NCBI GenBank assembly: GCA_000091205.1
Contig: AP006499.2
Strand: one strand, 5' to 3'
Source of the DNA: Cyanidioschyzon merolae
Lineage: Eukaryota
Length of the DNA: 64,000 bases
Part shown: piece by piece, positions 1-13,300 of the stretch
Layout of the letters: the number at the start of each line of letters is the position of its first letter
Numbering within the stretch: the stretch's first letter is position 1
Made by a program: the position numbers and the translations under genes
Notes under the pieces: generated by a model
The model's database searches: none
The model's input: the letters and a program-made list of their open reading frames with translations, nothing else
Told to the model about the DNA's origin: nothing

Positions 1-935
1 TTTCCCTGGCACATATGTCGGCGACGCTTGCTTGCTCTGTGTGTGGCGGAGCACAGTTCCCGATAGAATCCAAGCAGCGTTGCCACCCTCGGAGGGATAC
101 ATTTCAACAGGTCGCTTTGGGCGGATCCTTTTTCCCAGCGGGTTCTTTGGAGCTGCCGCTCTCGATGCAGCTTCGTGCTGCTGAGCTAAATAAATATTTT
201 CGGATGCCTGATCCCTAATCCAAGTGAGCATGAGCGCGTGCGGCGTCATCGAGCGCATCACTTTGCAGCGCTGGTTACACAATGGTGAGGATCCCGCTCT
301 TCGCGTTCCAAATGGGTAACCACAGGGTCTTGGTTTGACCCGGACGACGTCCTTCTCTGTGCCAGTCGAGCATTGCATCAAATCACTGTGACTGGCGCCG
401 CCACCGCCACCAGAGACTCAACCTCGTTGATCCCCCTGTAAATCCCAATTCGTTCTGCACCAGGATCCGATACGCTCCGAGGTACTTGGTTGGTGCAATG
501 GGTCTCTAGTGGAAACATCGCAGGCGCATCTGAGAAAACTGTTCAGTGCCTGATACCCGGGATGGTGCCCCGCGTAACCCAGCAACAAGTGATGGATGCA
601 CACACGTGCGTTACACGGCTATCATTGGCCATACTTGGCTTAGGCGAGCGACCATCAGCGCCCATCTGCCACAGGATCATTTGGTTCGTCAGGCATTTTC
701 ATTCATGGTTCAAGTTTTCTCGCGAACCGCTTACATCGAACGGTTTCTAACAAGGCGTCCGTTCGGCAACGTCTAGAGAAAAAATCCGGGCCCATCCGAT
801 GCCCAGCATACCAAACGTGTGCAAACAGGTGCGCTGCTGCAGAAATACACACAACGGATGCGTTCGCTTCCGAACTTGCTTCCCGCAGGCTGCACGTCAA
901 CGCTGTATGATTGATCGAGTTACCAGAGCAACGCT

Positions 936-1868
936 CTAGGCTGCTTCCGCAATGTGTTCTTCGTCACGGGCTGGCGTCGCTAGCTCGGCTCGTGCATCTG
1001 CATTCGTCAGCGAGTTGGACGGTCCCGCGGGAGTGCGCATCTTCCCCGTGACACAAGCGGTTTCCTTGGCCTCAATATTGGCTACTCGTTCAAGATGCAG
1101 CGCCGAATCTCGCGCCAAACTTCTCGAGGTGGGTGCGGACTGCTCGGGTGAGGCGTTTCTTTCACGCGATGGATGCCTCATTTCCTGTGCAGGGCCTGAT
1201 AGTCGCGTATCGGGCGTTAACTCGCGCTCATCTTGTGCTGCAAGTCGATTCGTCACGAGCGGTTGCTGCAATACACGATTCATTGTGAACGCTGCTAACT
1301 CCTGCTCTTGATAGAGCTCCAACAGGGCGCGCTGGGCGTTGGCTTCGACGTCTGGGGTGACCTCACCCTGCAACGCCTGTTCGATGCTCCTCGCGTGCTC
1401 GGCTGCTTCTTGTGTCTCCAGCAGCAAGTCCTCTACACTATGCAAATCGATATGCTCGTTAAGCCTCTTCACAAGCGCCGTGCTTTTCTGGATCTGCAAT
1501 AGTGTCTGTTGCTCCAACTCTGCCGTTTCGATAAGAAGCAGCATCTCTTCGAGACGACTGAGGCACGTTTCCGCGTTTAGAACTGCTCGCTCTTGTACTT
1601 TCATTCGACGTAGCACCAACAGTGCTCGTTCACGGCGGCCTGTAGCGATCAGCGTTCGTGCAACGTCAAGCTCCCGAGCTGCGGCCTCTTCGTAGCGGTT
1701 ACGCAGTTTCGTGACGCGATCACGGGTAGCCTTGATAGCCAGAATCACCTCGTCTCGCTCAGTGATCTCTACCTGGTTCTCTGGGCGCCGGACGTCTTTA
1801 CGTCTGGCTCGTTTCCTGGGTATGACAGCATCAGCAACCGCTCTGTCGCTGACAATGCAGTTTCCCAT
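936..1868 (-). CDS. CHMP6: ESCRT-III subunit, Snf7 family (CHMP6/Vps20-like); start taken at internal Met with MGN N-terminus
   Basis: ORF 936..2027 (-). From MGNCIVSDRA... (myristoylation-type MG start) the sequence ITERDEVILAIKATRDRVTKLRNRYEEAAARELDVARTLIATGRRERALLVLRRMKVQERAVL...VEDLLLETQEAAEHARSIEQAL follows the CHMP6/Vps20 Snf7-domain pattern (coiled-coil charged heptads, acidic C-terminus). The upstream 53 codons of the ORF are treated as non-coding read-through. Confidence 0.65.
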   Translation of the reverse strand: MGNCIVSDRAVADAVIPRKRARRKDVRRPENQVEITERDEVILAIKATRDRVTKLRNRYEEAAARELDVARTLIATGRRERALLVLRRMKVQERAVLNAETCLSRLEEMLLLIETAELEQQTLLQIQKSTALVKRLNEHIDLHSVEDLLLETQEAAEHARSIEQALQGEVTPDVEANAQRALLELYQEQELAAFTMNRVLQQPLVTNRLAAQDERELTPDTRLSGPAQEMRHPSRERNASPEQSAPTSRSLARDSALHLERVANIEAKETACVTGKMRTPAGPSNSLTNADARAELATPARDEEHIAEAA

Positions 1869-2651
1869 GGAAAGCTCAACAGCGACAGCGTAATCAATAG
1901 CACCATCGCCATCGTCATCCGAAATCTGCCGTTCTTGTGCTGGCGGTACGCGCTGCCGCGTTCGGGTTCCCGCGGCTCTGACGGCAAGCGTTCCCTCCGG
2001 TCGTGTTGCTTGCATAGGTTCGAGCACCCGTCAAACGTATGCGTACAGTTCGGGAACTGAAACGAATGTTCGTGCTTCAACTTCATCAGACGTTGCGCTG
2101 CTTCCTGGATGGGCTTGTCCCGAAATTTCTCGTCGTTTTTGAGTTCCCACGTGCTGATGCGCAGCGATGCATTCTCGGAGGCTGAGCAGGTCAATGGACC
2201 AGTTCTTCAGGAGCATGGGCGTCACACGCGGGGACTGATGAAACGGGAACTCTTTATCGCATGGAGGGTCCTCTGGTTTCTAATACGCCGGGCGTCGCGA
2301 CAGCATTGGCAGAAGCGTTGCGAATCCTGCGGACTCGAAAGTCTGAATGAGGCCGTGCGAGCGCTGATCTGTGCTGGCTCCTGTCATACAGCGGCAAAGC
2401 GTCGAAGGCGCAACGCTGAAATGACGACCAGGTATCGTCCAACTAGGTGCGAGTTCGTTAGCATTGCTGCTCCACTTCAATTGTCGAATCTATAAATCTA
2501 AAGAAAAGCTCGAAAAACATCGTAAGGAAAGAACAGGATGAGCACCGATGTGTTCCATGATCATGTGGTACGACTTGTATACCTGATTAGAGACGACTGT
2601 CCGACATGCGATCCAGCAGCGTCTGTTTTTGGGCGCCGCGCAGACGCCGCT

Positions 2652-2891
2652 GACGAGCAAGCGCTCCAGGCGCTAACGAGTAATCCGTCATTTCGTGCGC
2701 GTTCATGCCTCAAACCAGCGTTACCGATCTTCAGTCCCAGTGTACATTTGCTTTTGCAAACTCGCAGTTACGACGAGCAAGCGCTCCAGGCGCTAACGAG
2801 TAATCCGTCATTTCGTGCGCGTTCATGCCTCAAACCAGCGTTACCGATCTTCAGTCCCAGTGTACATTTGCTTTTGCAAACTCGCAGTTAC
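2652..2891. repeat. Perfect tandem duplication, 2 x 120 bp
   Basis: Unit gacgagcaagcgctccaggcgctaacgagtaatccgtcatttcgtgcgcg...ttttgcaaactcgcagttac occurs back-to-back at 2652-2771 and 2772-2891. It is visible as the duplicated peptide DEQALQALTSNPSFRARSCLKPALPIFSPSVHLLLQTRSY in ORF 2538..2972. Confidence 0.85.
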
Positions 2892-5566
2892 GACGAGCCT
2901 ACTGCGAAAGCGATGTGGCCTCTGGTTGCTCGCCCTGCATGGAAACGCACCTTCGATTTTCTCGCCATGTGACGTTCGATCAGCTCACCACACACCGTAT
3001 CGCGCATCCGACTACGCTCTATAGTCTTCTTCTGTACTGGTTTCAGCGCACGCCCGTACTCGTGGTTCGAGTACGTCGTACTGAATTCATGGATGGGAAT
3101 CGTGCAGCACCGAAACCTGCACGCGTTGGACGCGCTCGTCGAAATGGGCAGCGGCGCAGTATTTGCGAGTTTCAGCCTGTCCCGTGCCAAGGGCTGCTGC
3201 AAAATGACGCAAATTTTTGAGCTACTCCTTTTCCAGCTCGTTGAATAGCAAGGCGAATGTCCGCCTCGTGCCTCCCTACATCCGAAACATTACGAGGCTC
3301 TGGCGCGGTCGGATATACTCTTGCCAAAAGTCGTCGAAACGAACAATTTGGACGCTCATTTACTCACTGAATGCAGCGTACCATACCAATCGTTGCTTCT
3401 CGATACAGTGACGAGAGCGTCGAGATCGGTCCTGCCGTCGTCATGCCACTTGTTGATATGCTTCCTCACGACCACTGGGCCCGAACTTAGATAATATCGA
3501 GGCTCAGAAAAAAAGTCAGGCCGTGGTGCATCTTCAGTACCGCCCGTCGGTTGTTCCACAAAGGTTTGACCGAGGAATTCTGGGGGCATGTGAGCGCCTG
3601 GTAGCACCTCGCCCCGAACTCCGACAATCATCTCACTGACGTTGTACGTCAAGGCAAGTGGGGCCGAACAAGACCTTCCCGAAAAAGAAGCTGCAGAGTC
3701 CTTCATGGCTTCCCGCATCTCACAGTTTTGTAAGATTCTTCCCGTAGATGCGTTTTCGTACGGAGCTCTTGCCAATGATTTCACGCAGATCCTTTCACAC
3801 AGGCCGTTTTGCGTTCACGTACTTTCTCGTCCTCTTTCTGAGCGGATCTTTCTCTTCTTTCTTCTGTGGTTTCTTCACTGTCTCGTTTGCATGATGGAAG
3901 GGCACGGGTGCCGTCGCTTAGCTCTATGTCCGTTTCTCCCTTGGGTCCTAGACGCACTGGATGGATGTTGCGACGGATCTTGGCTTTCTCTATCTTTGTA
4001 TCCACTATACTTCGAGCATCTTTTCGCCAACAACCCCGATGCAAGCACGTCTGCGAACCGAAATGCGCCTTTCCATTCTCTTCTGCTATCGAGCACATAC
4101 GCAACGCCGTTGCTCACGGCTAGTGAGGCTAATGAACGGCTTTCCAGAGAAAAATTCGTCTACGAACGGTGTCACGGATGCGAATGAATCGTCTATGGAT
4201 GCGAAAGCTTACAAACGGCGTTTGACAGCATAGAAGCTGCTTCCGATTTGATACAACCAAGGAGAATAGGCTGCCACAAAGTGCAGATTAACGCCATCAC
4301 CGGCTGTGCGCTCTCTGGCCAGTTTTCGGGATGCAAAGCGACGTAGTCTACGAGCCGGACAGAAGACCACCGGAAGAAGAACCCGCAATGCGCTCCGATG
4401 AAGGAAGAGGCGTCAAACGATCCCGTCTGTTTGGGGATGATTCGGTGAGCAAACGACAGCATCGCCGCTCGGGCTGATGTCGCTTTCATTCCCGCTTGTC
4501 TTTTCTTTACGAAGAGCGGTGTGCCGCTACTCTAGGACCCCAACACAGGTCTACCATTTCTCCGGAATGAAGTCAGGTCGACTAAAACGAACATCCGTGC
4601 CACGTGTCGTCAGCGTTCGTGTTCCAGTACGAATTCGCTGGAGTGCGCTTCGTCAGCGTGCGATGCGCTCCCGAAGAAGCGCGCGTCGTTCTTCGCCTAT
4701 CTGCATCGCTTCACCACTGTTCGTTATCAAGGGTATGGAAACGTTGCATGCATGCTGTGGGTTTTTGGTAGTATTTCATAGAGAACGGATGCAGTGGCAT
4801 TGCCTGGCGAGGAAACTGTTGTATATATTGATTCTGATGAGTTCGAGTTCGATTGCTTGACGCTGAGCATATCGCCTAAGCGAACGTTCCTTCATCAACT
4901 TGCTGAAAGTTCAGTAGCTGATTCGTAAGAGGATGACCTGTTTCCGCAATCAAGCAGCAACAGCATAAAATCTTTCCACATTCTCACTCCATTCCGAAGG
5001 ATACAGTTATTTTGTTGCATACCTGCGAAGAAATAAACCAGGACAAAAAGTATATTCTGGTTGAGGTATTCTGGTACCACCGATTATGAGCGTAACGGTA
5101 GCGGCAGCGCGTCCGTGGGCATCGCCGCTGTCGCTCTTCGAACCGACGCCCTTTGTGGTTCGGCACTGCCGTTCTGTCTCCGTGCAGCGACCGCACCGGC
5201 GCTACAGGCGCTATTGCTGCCGGTTTCGGCAGGCTCGGCACACGATAGGGCGTATGAAACGACCAGAATATCCGAGATGAAGTATAGGTCATGTAACCTG
5301 AGAGTAGGAGGTTGATGGCTACCTCACCGCACACTGAAAGAAAAACACACACAAAGAAAATAAGAAACGAAAAATGCGCATAATCGGAGAACGCTGGCCT
5401 ATGGAAACGTTTTGTCCATGAAAAGAAAATGTGCCGCTGTCGCTGCGATCGGGTTGAAGGGCAGCGCGCCGGCGGCGGCGGCGGCAGCGCCAGCGACCCT
5501 AGACACTAGTCATAACCTCGCCGCTGCTGACATCATTCTATTGCCGCTGCGGCCTTTCAGAGCTTT

Positions 5567-7234
5567 TTGATGGGCAAGCTCTACCTTCTTTTCGAGGCAG
5601 CGTCGGGATATGCGATCTTTCGAGTGGTGGAGGCTGAAGACGTAGCATCTGGTACGACTGCGGTACAGTCCTCGTGGGGAGACTTCCACCGCTTTGCGAG
5701 CATCGTCAAGTTGCGAGCCTTCGAGCCGTACGTCTCAGCGGACCAGGCACTTGAGGACGTGAGTGCCGTGTCGGAAAATCGAGTGACGCCTTTCCTACTT
5801 GAGTTCGTTCGCGGTTATTTTGGCTCGAAAAGATGTCTTCTGGGAGTCTCGGAACCGCGGTTTGGCGCAGCGCTCCAGGAACAACTGGGAAAGAAGCACG
5901 TGAGAGTTGTTGCGGACGAACACATCCAGGAGCTTTTGCGAAACATCCGGCAGCACTTCGAGAAGTTTCTCAGTGCGGAGGTCTCGAGCGAGGAGCTCTC
6001 GAAAGCACAGCTCGGTCTGGCTCACGCGTTATCCCGTTCGCGCATCCAGTTCAATCCGCAGCGCAATGATCACGCCGTCGTCCAAGCGATTCATCTTATC
6101 GACCAGCTTGACAAGGATATCAATACTTTTGGGATGCGTGTCCGCGAGTGGTACTCCTGGCACTTCCCTGAACTTGCGAAGCTCGTGAGCGATATCGTTC
6201 TCTACTGCCGTTTGGTGTGTGCTCTGGGCATGCGCTCCGAAATGACGACGAAGCAGGAGGAGGACGTGAATAGCCTGCTCCATGGCGATGAGGAGCTCAC
6301 GCAGCGGATTCTTCGTGCAGCCCGCTCCTCAATGGGAACGGAAATCAGCCCTCTGGACATCATTCAGATCCGTTTGTTTGCGCAGAGAGTGATTCAAATG
6401 GCAACCTATCGGGACCATCTGCAGGGCTATCTTGGTCAGCGCTTATCGCTGATTGCACCGAGTTTGCGGGCGTTGCTCGGTGATCACGTCGCAGCGCGAC
6501 TCATTGCGCATGCTGGCTCTCTGGTGAACCTAGCAAAGTATCCTGCATCAACTGTGCAGATCCTTGGCGCAGAAAAGGCGCTTTTCCGGGCTCTAAAGCA
6601 AGCACGGGGAAAGCGGCTCGCGCGAACGCCCAAGTATGGGTTACTCTTCAATTCGACATTCATTGCCAAGGCAAAGCAACGAGCCAAAGGTCGCATTTCG
6701 CGTTACCTGGCGAATAAAGTGAGCTTGGCAAGCCGCATCGACTGCTTCCGCTCCGATAGAATCGGCGACACATTCGGTCGCAAGTTGCGAGAGCAGGTCG
6801 AGGAGCGGCTCCAGTTCTATGAAAAAGGCTTGCGACCTCGGCGCAATGCGGCCGTAATGACTGAGGCCATGAACGAGGCGCTTGCCACCAGCGCCATGGA
6901 TGACATGCGTGGAAGCGATATCGAGGAAACTCCGAGACCTGCAGCCGCTGGCCTACGCGCTGATCGGCTGGAAAATTCTTTGCTTGTTTTTGGCTCGGCA
7001 ACCAATGCGGATGCAGAAGGCGTACCGGAATCTGCGGCCCCGGAGACGCCAGCCCATGACGTCATGATGCGGAAACGAAGCCACGATGACACATCGTTCG
7101 TTGATGCGGGTGACGCCCATTTGACGACACTGGGAGCCCAGGATAGTTCTCGAGAAGCAATTCCTCGTGAAGCCCCGCGGAAGAAGAAGAAACAAGACAA
7201 ACATCGCGCCGAGGCGGTGCACGAAACCGTGTGA
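5567..7234 (+). CDS. NOP56: Box C/D snoRNP protein Nop56 (Nop5/Nop56/Nop58 family)
   Basis: 555-aa ORF with a NOP5 N-terminal domain ([14 protein letters not shown]), a Nop core domain (...[43 protein letters not shown] closely follows the Nop56 consensus [21 protein letters not shown]) and a lysine-rich KKKKQDKH C-terminal tail. Confidence 0.85.
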   Translation: [555 protein letters not shown]

Positions 7235-8820
7235 CCAAGCAGGCGCAAGGATACTATCTAAATGCTCTGGGCACCGTTTGCCACTCACTGGTTAGAATGA
7301 CGGTGCCGTATCCGTGCTACAGGTGCAGAAGATATCGGTAGAGGGAGAGCGAACGTTCTCTGAAACCAAGTTCGTCTCAGAGCGTTGAGCTCTGGTACAT
7401 CTGTATCAGCATGCTGCTTTTCCTTTTGTTTGTGTTTCTTGCAGGCATTCAATAAAAGGCATGCATCTTGTAGATCTGAGAAAGGTCGCGGAAAGATCAC
7501 GCTGTCATTGTCAGCAGCAGAAAATGGTCGCTCTCATACGAGGCAGTTATTCTGTGATCAGATGGTGGATGAACCACGCTTCTCGAAGAGCTGAACGTCG
7601 TGCACGCCAAAAAGAACTTGTGAAACTCTCTTCACACGATTTTCTCTTCCTTAATTCATTCCAATCCATCTGTACACTGAGAAACACGACCAAACAAGCC
7701 GCAGGCTGTGAGGATGATGCATCGTTGGTACCACCGGTGATGAAAAGGCACGGATGGAAAACGTGAACAGCACACCTCTTTGGAAGACACTGGCCCTATC
7801 AAAGCTACACGATCGATTTCTTTATGTGATGTGGATCCGTATTCACCAACGGGCGGATATCCGTCCTACTCTATGCAACCTTATTCAGGAGCATTACCAG
7901 ATTTGCGTAGGAGTCCTCCAGGAGGGCCAAATCGAGCTTCGTCGAGAAGCGACACGCGCGCGTTCCGACGACATCACCCGTGGCGGCAATGCTCTGATGC
8001 GGTTCCTTCCAAGTCGCCAGACTGACAAGATCGCTCGACACCGCATCCTCCGTTGAGGCGCTCGTCTCGGATTTGACGTTTCGCATGCTTCGGGCCTGAT
8101 CCCAGACGACATCTCTTTCCGTCACTAAAAAGCGGTCAACGAGCACGCAAAAGAGAAAAGCGTTGCGCTGCTCTTCCTCCGAATCCAGTCACTTTCGATG
8201 AACCCAGCCAAAGGCATGCCAGTCCTGTCTCCGAATCACCTCTGTTCTGGCCCTACAGACGCTATTCCGGATGATCAAGGCAGACTCGGCGACTGGTGGA
8301 ACATACGACATAGCCGTCATTACCGAAAACAAGTACGTGTGGAAGCTGGTGGTACCCTGGGGCACGCTGCAAAAATGATAGACGCGCTCCCCGATGTCGA
8401 TCACGTACCACGCTCTCCGGAACTCGCTTTTCACGCCACCGTTCTACGAATGTTGAGCGTGCATCAGATCATCGCTCCTCGCGTATCACACTGACCGGGA
8501 TTCCTGTTTCATGGCAAAGTTCCGTGGATTGCAAACAGCCACGGGATCAGCGGATCCGCCTCCGCGTTGCCGCTGCCGTTCCTGGACGAAAACGATGGTG
8601 CTGGTGCGCCGCCCAGCCACCCGGCTCTGTCTTGCCGATACGCAACACTTTCCAGCAGCGCTGTACATGTGTTGCCGCTGTTGTGCGCTTTCACCGATGA
8701 CTGTAGAGCACGCGGCGTCCGACTTGCTCGCATATAGCCTACGGTTTTGGAACTAGCGTATAACGCGTTTGTGCTCGTCTTGGCCACTCCATTGACCCGT
8801 TTACGACCCAGCGTCCAGGG

Positions 8821-9456
8821 TTGCCAGATATGGCGCTCGACTTGGCAGCCGACCCAGAGGCGTTTCGGCAACTCGAGTCTACCCACCAGATCGTCGTCGT
8901 TGTCTTCTACCGGGGACGCTGGTGTGCGGTTTGCTGCGCTTGGCTTTCGCGATTCCAGGATACGCAACCGGCACTGGAAACCTTTCTGGAACAACATGAC
9001 GCGTGTTTGGTTTTTGTCTCCGCCCAGGAAGCGTCCGAGATGCATCGCCTGGTTGACAACATACCCTGTCTCAAATGTGAACGTGTTTATTTGCTTGCAG
9101 ATGAGCGTACCGAGTTCACGCGCTGGTGGAACAAGCGCGGTTACGGTCAAGTCTTCATTTCACCGACCACAAAGCAATATGGGTATCGATATTCGCACGG
9201 ACTCTTGCAACCAGCCTTGTTCATTCTTCATCATGGCGAGTGTATGTACAAGTGGTGCAGCCTCCCGAATGTGCGGAATCTGGGCGGCGCCACTGGACGT
9301 CCGGATCCTCCGCTTGTCTTGGCAGCGGTGACCGAGCGCTTCGCCTCTGATGCAGCAGGGTCGCTTGCTGGCGGTGAAAGGACGATGCCAGCTACACGGG
9401 AACGTACATGGGTGTTTTTCCGCCGCATTGTTCGTAGGTTATTCGGGAAATTTTAA
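8821..9456 (+). CDS. Thioredoxin-fold (AhpC/TSA-redoxin-like) protein with FYRGRWCAVCC motif
   Basis: 211-aa ORF. VVVVFYRGRWCAVCCAW resembles the redoxin FYRG-WCP-C active-site region. It overlaps the junk-like minus-strand ORF 8509..9150, and I prefer the + ORF. Confidence 0.35.
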   Translation: MPDMALDLAADPEAFRQLESTHQIVVVVFYRGRWCAVCCAWLSRFQDTQPALETFLEQHDACLVFVSAQEASEMHRLVDNIPCLKCERVYLLADERTEFTRWWNKRGYGQVFISPTTKQYGYRYSHGLLQPALFILHHGECMYKWCSLPNVRNLGGATGRPDPPLVLAAVTERFASDAAGSLAGGERTMPATRERTWVFFRRIVRRLFGKF

Positions 9457-10387
9457 TATGCATATGGATCTACAGGTAGACAGCGTGCATGCTGGGCATC
9501 GCGGGAGCGCTCCACTGCGCTTCGATATGGCGATTCGATGGCGCTCGCTGGCAGCGGATTCCCCGCTCAGCCGTACCCATGATGACCCGCTCCTGGGTGA
9601 CGTCCATTGCAGCAATACCTGCCTCGCTGCGAGCATTCATGGTCATTGTGGTATGCCAAAGGTCCCTGGGTTGACCAAGCCCGCTTTGCGTCAGCGGGAA
9701 TGCACTGGAACGGGCGGTGCTTGGAAACGTTCGCGTCGGCGCTGGGGGCCAGGCGCTGCTAATCCGCAGCAATGCTACCTGCTGGAGGGACTAGTTCCAC
9801 TGATTCATTGGATATTGCGAGCAATAAAATATAGTGAGATCGCAAGGCGACCAGACCTTGGGACTCGGTGTTCGCGCTCATGCCTGAACGAGCAGATACT
9901 GCGGAGAAGCGACGCTTGATCCCGCCATCCGCGAGGCAACTAGCGCGGTAACGGAGTACCTCAGCCGGCCCTGGCGCATCAGCATGGACGCTCGGCCATC
10001 CGCATGGGACAACTGCTTTTCTGTGGCATGCCTTCCATGCCACTCGCCGTGTCAAGCGTCGTGCCACTGCTGCTGATTCTGATGCAAGCCGCATACGCTG
10101 GAGGCGGTCAGCAACTGCATCGAAGGTCGGCTTCGTACTCCTGCGGATCCCGGGCGACAGCCCATGCGGTGCACATGAACCCGCCACGAGGCAGTGTTTT
10201 CTACTCTGGCGAACGACGACTTGCTGCAAGGCAGCTGTGACAACAGGGAATTCGGATCCAGCGCTTATGATGAAAGCAGCCGCCGTACCGTGGCTAGTCT
10301 CGGTAGACAGAAATAGACCATCTGCGGGCACGCATTCTCCAGGCCAGCGCTGCCGCGTGGTGGTATTGTGTCGGAGAGCTGCCGGCC

Positions 10388-13300
10388 TCAGCGGGCAGTT
10401 ACAACCAGTGGACCGGGATACGCAAACGGCAGCTCGCTGGCTTCCCTGCGCCCGGTAGTCTCATTCAGCGAGTGATGCTGGATTTGACTCAGGCCCTGCC
10501 GGTTCCGAGTCACATAGATGTACGAGTCAGCGTACTCCCGAATATGAAGATAATCGAGGAAGCGCTCTTCATGGGTTATGAGTATAAGCTGAAAATTGCG
10601 TTGCTGTGCACGTTGTTGGATCAAGAGAGATAGCGATGCAGCGAGCGCTTTCACGTGGCTCTCGTCCAGGTTGGTCGTCGGCTCATCGAGCGCGAGGACC
10701 CCGCAGGCGTTCCCAAAGTTTTCCGCCAGCGCAAGGCGGATCAAGAGACATGCGAGCACTTTTTGTCCAGCCGAGCAGCGACCACGCATATCAAGCCAGG
10801 TATCACCCTGGCGCATCACTACCCTGTAGTGATAGGTCCGACGACCCATTGGAAGCGAGTCCGCCACAAAGTCGGATCGTATCTCGATTTCCTCGATATC
10901 GGAGCCGAGGTAGGTGCTCTGCCAGAGCTCCCGCAGCACTCGATTGATGCTGCGCATCTTGAGATCGTGATAGCGCATGATGGCCAAGTCCAGCGCCCGA
11001 TGGTAATTGCGCAAATCCCTGCAGACCAGCTCGATCACGTCACACTGCAAACGAAGCGCTTGGAACTGTTGCTCCGCTTGTGCAAAAACGTCCGCATCGA
11101 GTTCCACGGTGAGTGCCCGCAACTGCTCTGCGAGTAAATCACGCTGACCACGCAAATGATGAACTTTTTCCCGGAGCGTATCGGCTTCCGCTTTTGCCGC
11201 CTCTAACGCGGACACGTGCGGATCGTGTTCATCGGTCATTGGCAGGGTGCTTGCTAGCTCCACGTCTTTCTGTTGCAATTCGACGAGCATTTCCTGCAAC
11301 TGGCGGTACCGAAGGTTGTCGCGCACTTGACGCAGATACGAATCGGCGTTCTGGCGTTGCCCGGCCCACTGAGCTACAACCTGCACTGCCTGCGCTTCTT
11401 CGGCGAGCGTCTGTATGATTTGCTCGCGGCAGGTCTCGAGCTGCTTGTGGGCAAGTTTGTGTGCGTCACCTTCGAATCGTCTCGACTCTTGGATGTAGAC
11501 TTGAAGTCGGTTTTCAAGACGGATAAGATCTGTATGGATTGCTCGGTGTCGCGAACGAACGGCTTCCAGACGCGCCAACAACGCTGCACTCGCCGGTGGC
11601 GCTGCCTGCAACAGAGCTTCCTCTACTTTTTGATCCAACGCGCAAAGGGAAGCCTGCTTTTCTGATCGCTGTTTGCGTTTTTCCGCCAGACATGCTTCCA
11701 GCTGGTCACGGTCATGCTGCTTGGCGCGCTCCGCAGTGAGTTCCTTCTCAGTGGTCTGGATTAGATCATGGAGCTCTTGAGCGCGTACAAGGAGCTCTTG
11801 GCGACGCCCAAGCAGCGTGTCGAGTTCCCCCCGCAACGAAGTCTCTTCTCTTGCCAAAGCGTCCCCCGCGGACGTCGGTTGATGCGGTGCTTCGCGGGTG
11901 TCGACTTCCAATGCTGCAACTACCGGCGACGAAGCTGCGATTCCGGATGCCGAGCTGGGCCCCGATGGTGCCATCTCCTGACGCAAATGAGCCAAACGTC
12001 GCGCATACCAGAGGAGCTCTCGGGCATCGGCCAGTTCATGTTCAGCGACTTGCTGATCCGTTCGTTCGCTCCGTCTCGCATCTTCTAAGCGCTGGATCTC
12101 GGATTCGGCGCTGCGAATGCGAGAGATGCTTCGCTGCTCCTGTAAAGTGATCGCAGCACGCTCCTCCAGCAAACGCCACTGATGCTCCGCCCTGTTCAAA
12201 GCATCCTGAACGTATTCCAAGGAGTCGGAGTCTGCCGCCTGGGTCAACGTATTTCGTACTCGAGCTAGGGCGGACTCGACATTGGCCGCCTCGGCCATAC
12301 CGCTGAAAGCGCGGTCGCATAGCGGACAGGTTTTCTGTTCGTGCACGCGCTTGCGCATTTCTTCGAGCCAATTCGCTTGTCCGTCACGTTCTAGGGCTGT
12401 GCTCTCCAGCTCGAGATGTCGACGTTTCAGCGCTGAAATTTGAGATTTGAGGCACTCTGCATCCACTGTGCCTGGTTGCACACTTGCGTCGATTTCTCGC
12501 AGGCGGCTGCGCATCGAGAGCAGCCGTTCGCTTTCTTTGTCGCAAATAGCGCGCCGCAAGCGCATCTCCAGTTCCGTGCCCATGATGCGATTGCGTACGG
12601 CTGATAGATTGCGTTCGGCGGAGGCGAGACGATCTTGCGCTTCGGAAACGGAGCAGGATGGTAGCCGCCTCTGCTCCAGTAATCGTTGAATGGATGCTTC
12701 CTCTTCCTCGCGAAACTTTTGGAATGCCGCGGCTATCGCGCTTGCATTCGTGTCACCACGAGTAGCCGTGTGCGTCACGTCATTTCGACGAGAGGCCAGG
12801 TTTTTCGTGCGTACTTCGAAAATTTGTTCAAGACGTTTCCGAATAGTAGACATTCGGTCCATGTCGGTCTGGTTCGAAAGCTCTTCGTCCACCTGCTGCT
12901 TTTCTGCCTGAAACTGGACTAAAAGCGCCGATTTCATCGCCACAATCTCGACATTCATCGGGAGCGACTGCAAGCGTGCAGCGGTTTCCGCGCATGCTTC
13001 CTCCAGAGTGGCGATTTCGTTCCGAATCTGCTGCGCCTGACGCTGATCGGATTCCAGTTCGAGCTTCAATTTTTGTTCACGCTGGAGTGCATCCTCCCAG
13101 AGGCGCTTGAAGTGCTCCATTTCCCGTTCGCAGTCATTGCGAGAACGCTCCAGGATATGGATTAGATCCTTGGCACTCCGCTCAATGGCTCCTTCTCCTA
13201 TGTCCGTGCCATCAATCGAATGGCTTTTCCGGATTTCCCGCAGCAATTCAGCACATGATGCACGCTGCCGCTCTATGGCTGCCTGTTGGCAGCTGTAAGC

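Noticed and set aside
8509-9150. 213-aa minus-strand ORF overlapping the redoxin-like plus-strand ORF
   Set aside because: It has no recognisable motif, whereas the plus-strand frame has a thioredoxin-fold CxxC-type motif. Both cannot be real, so I kept the + ORF, itself at low confidence.
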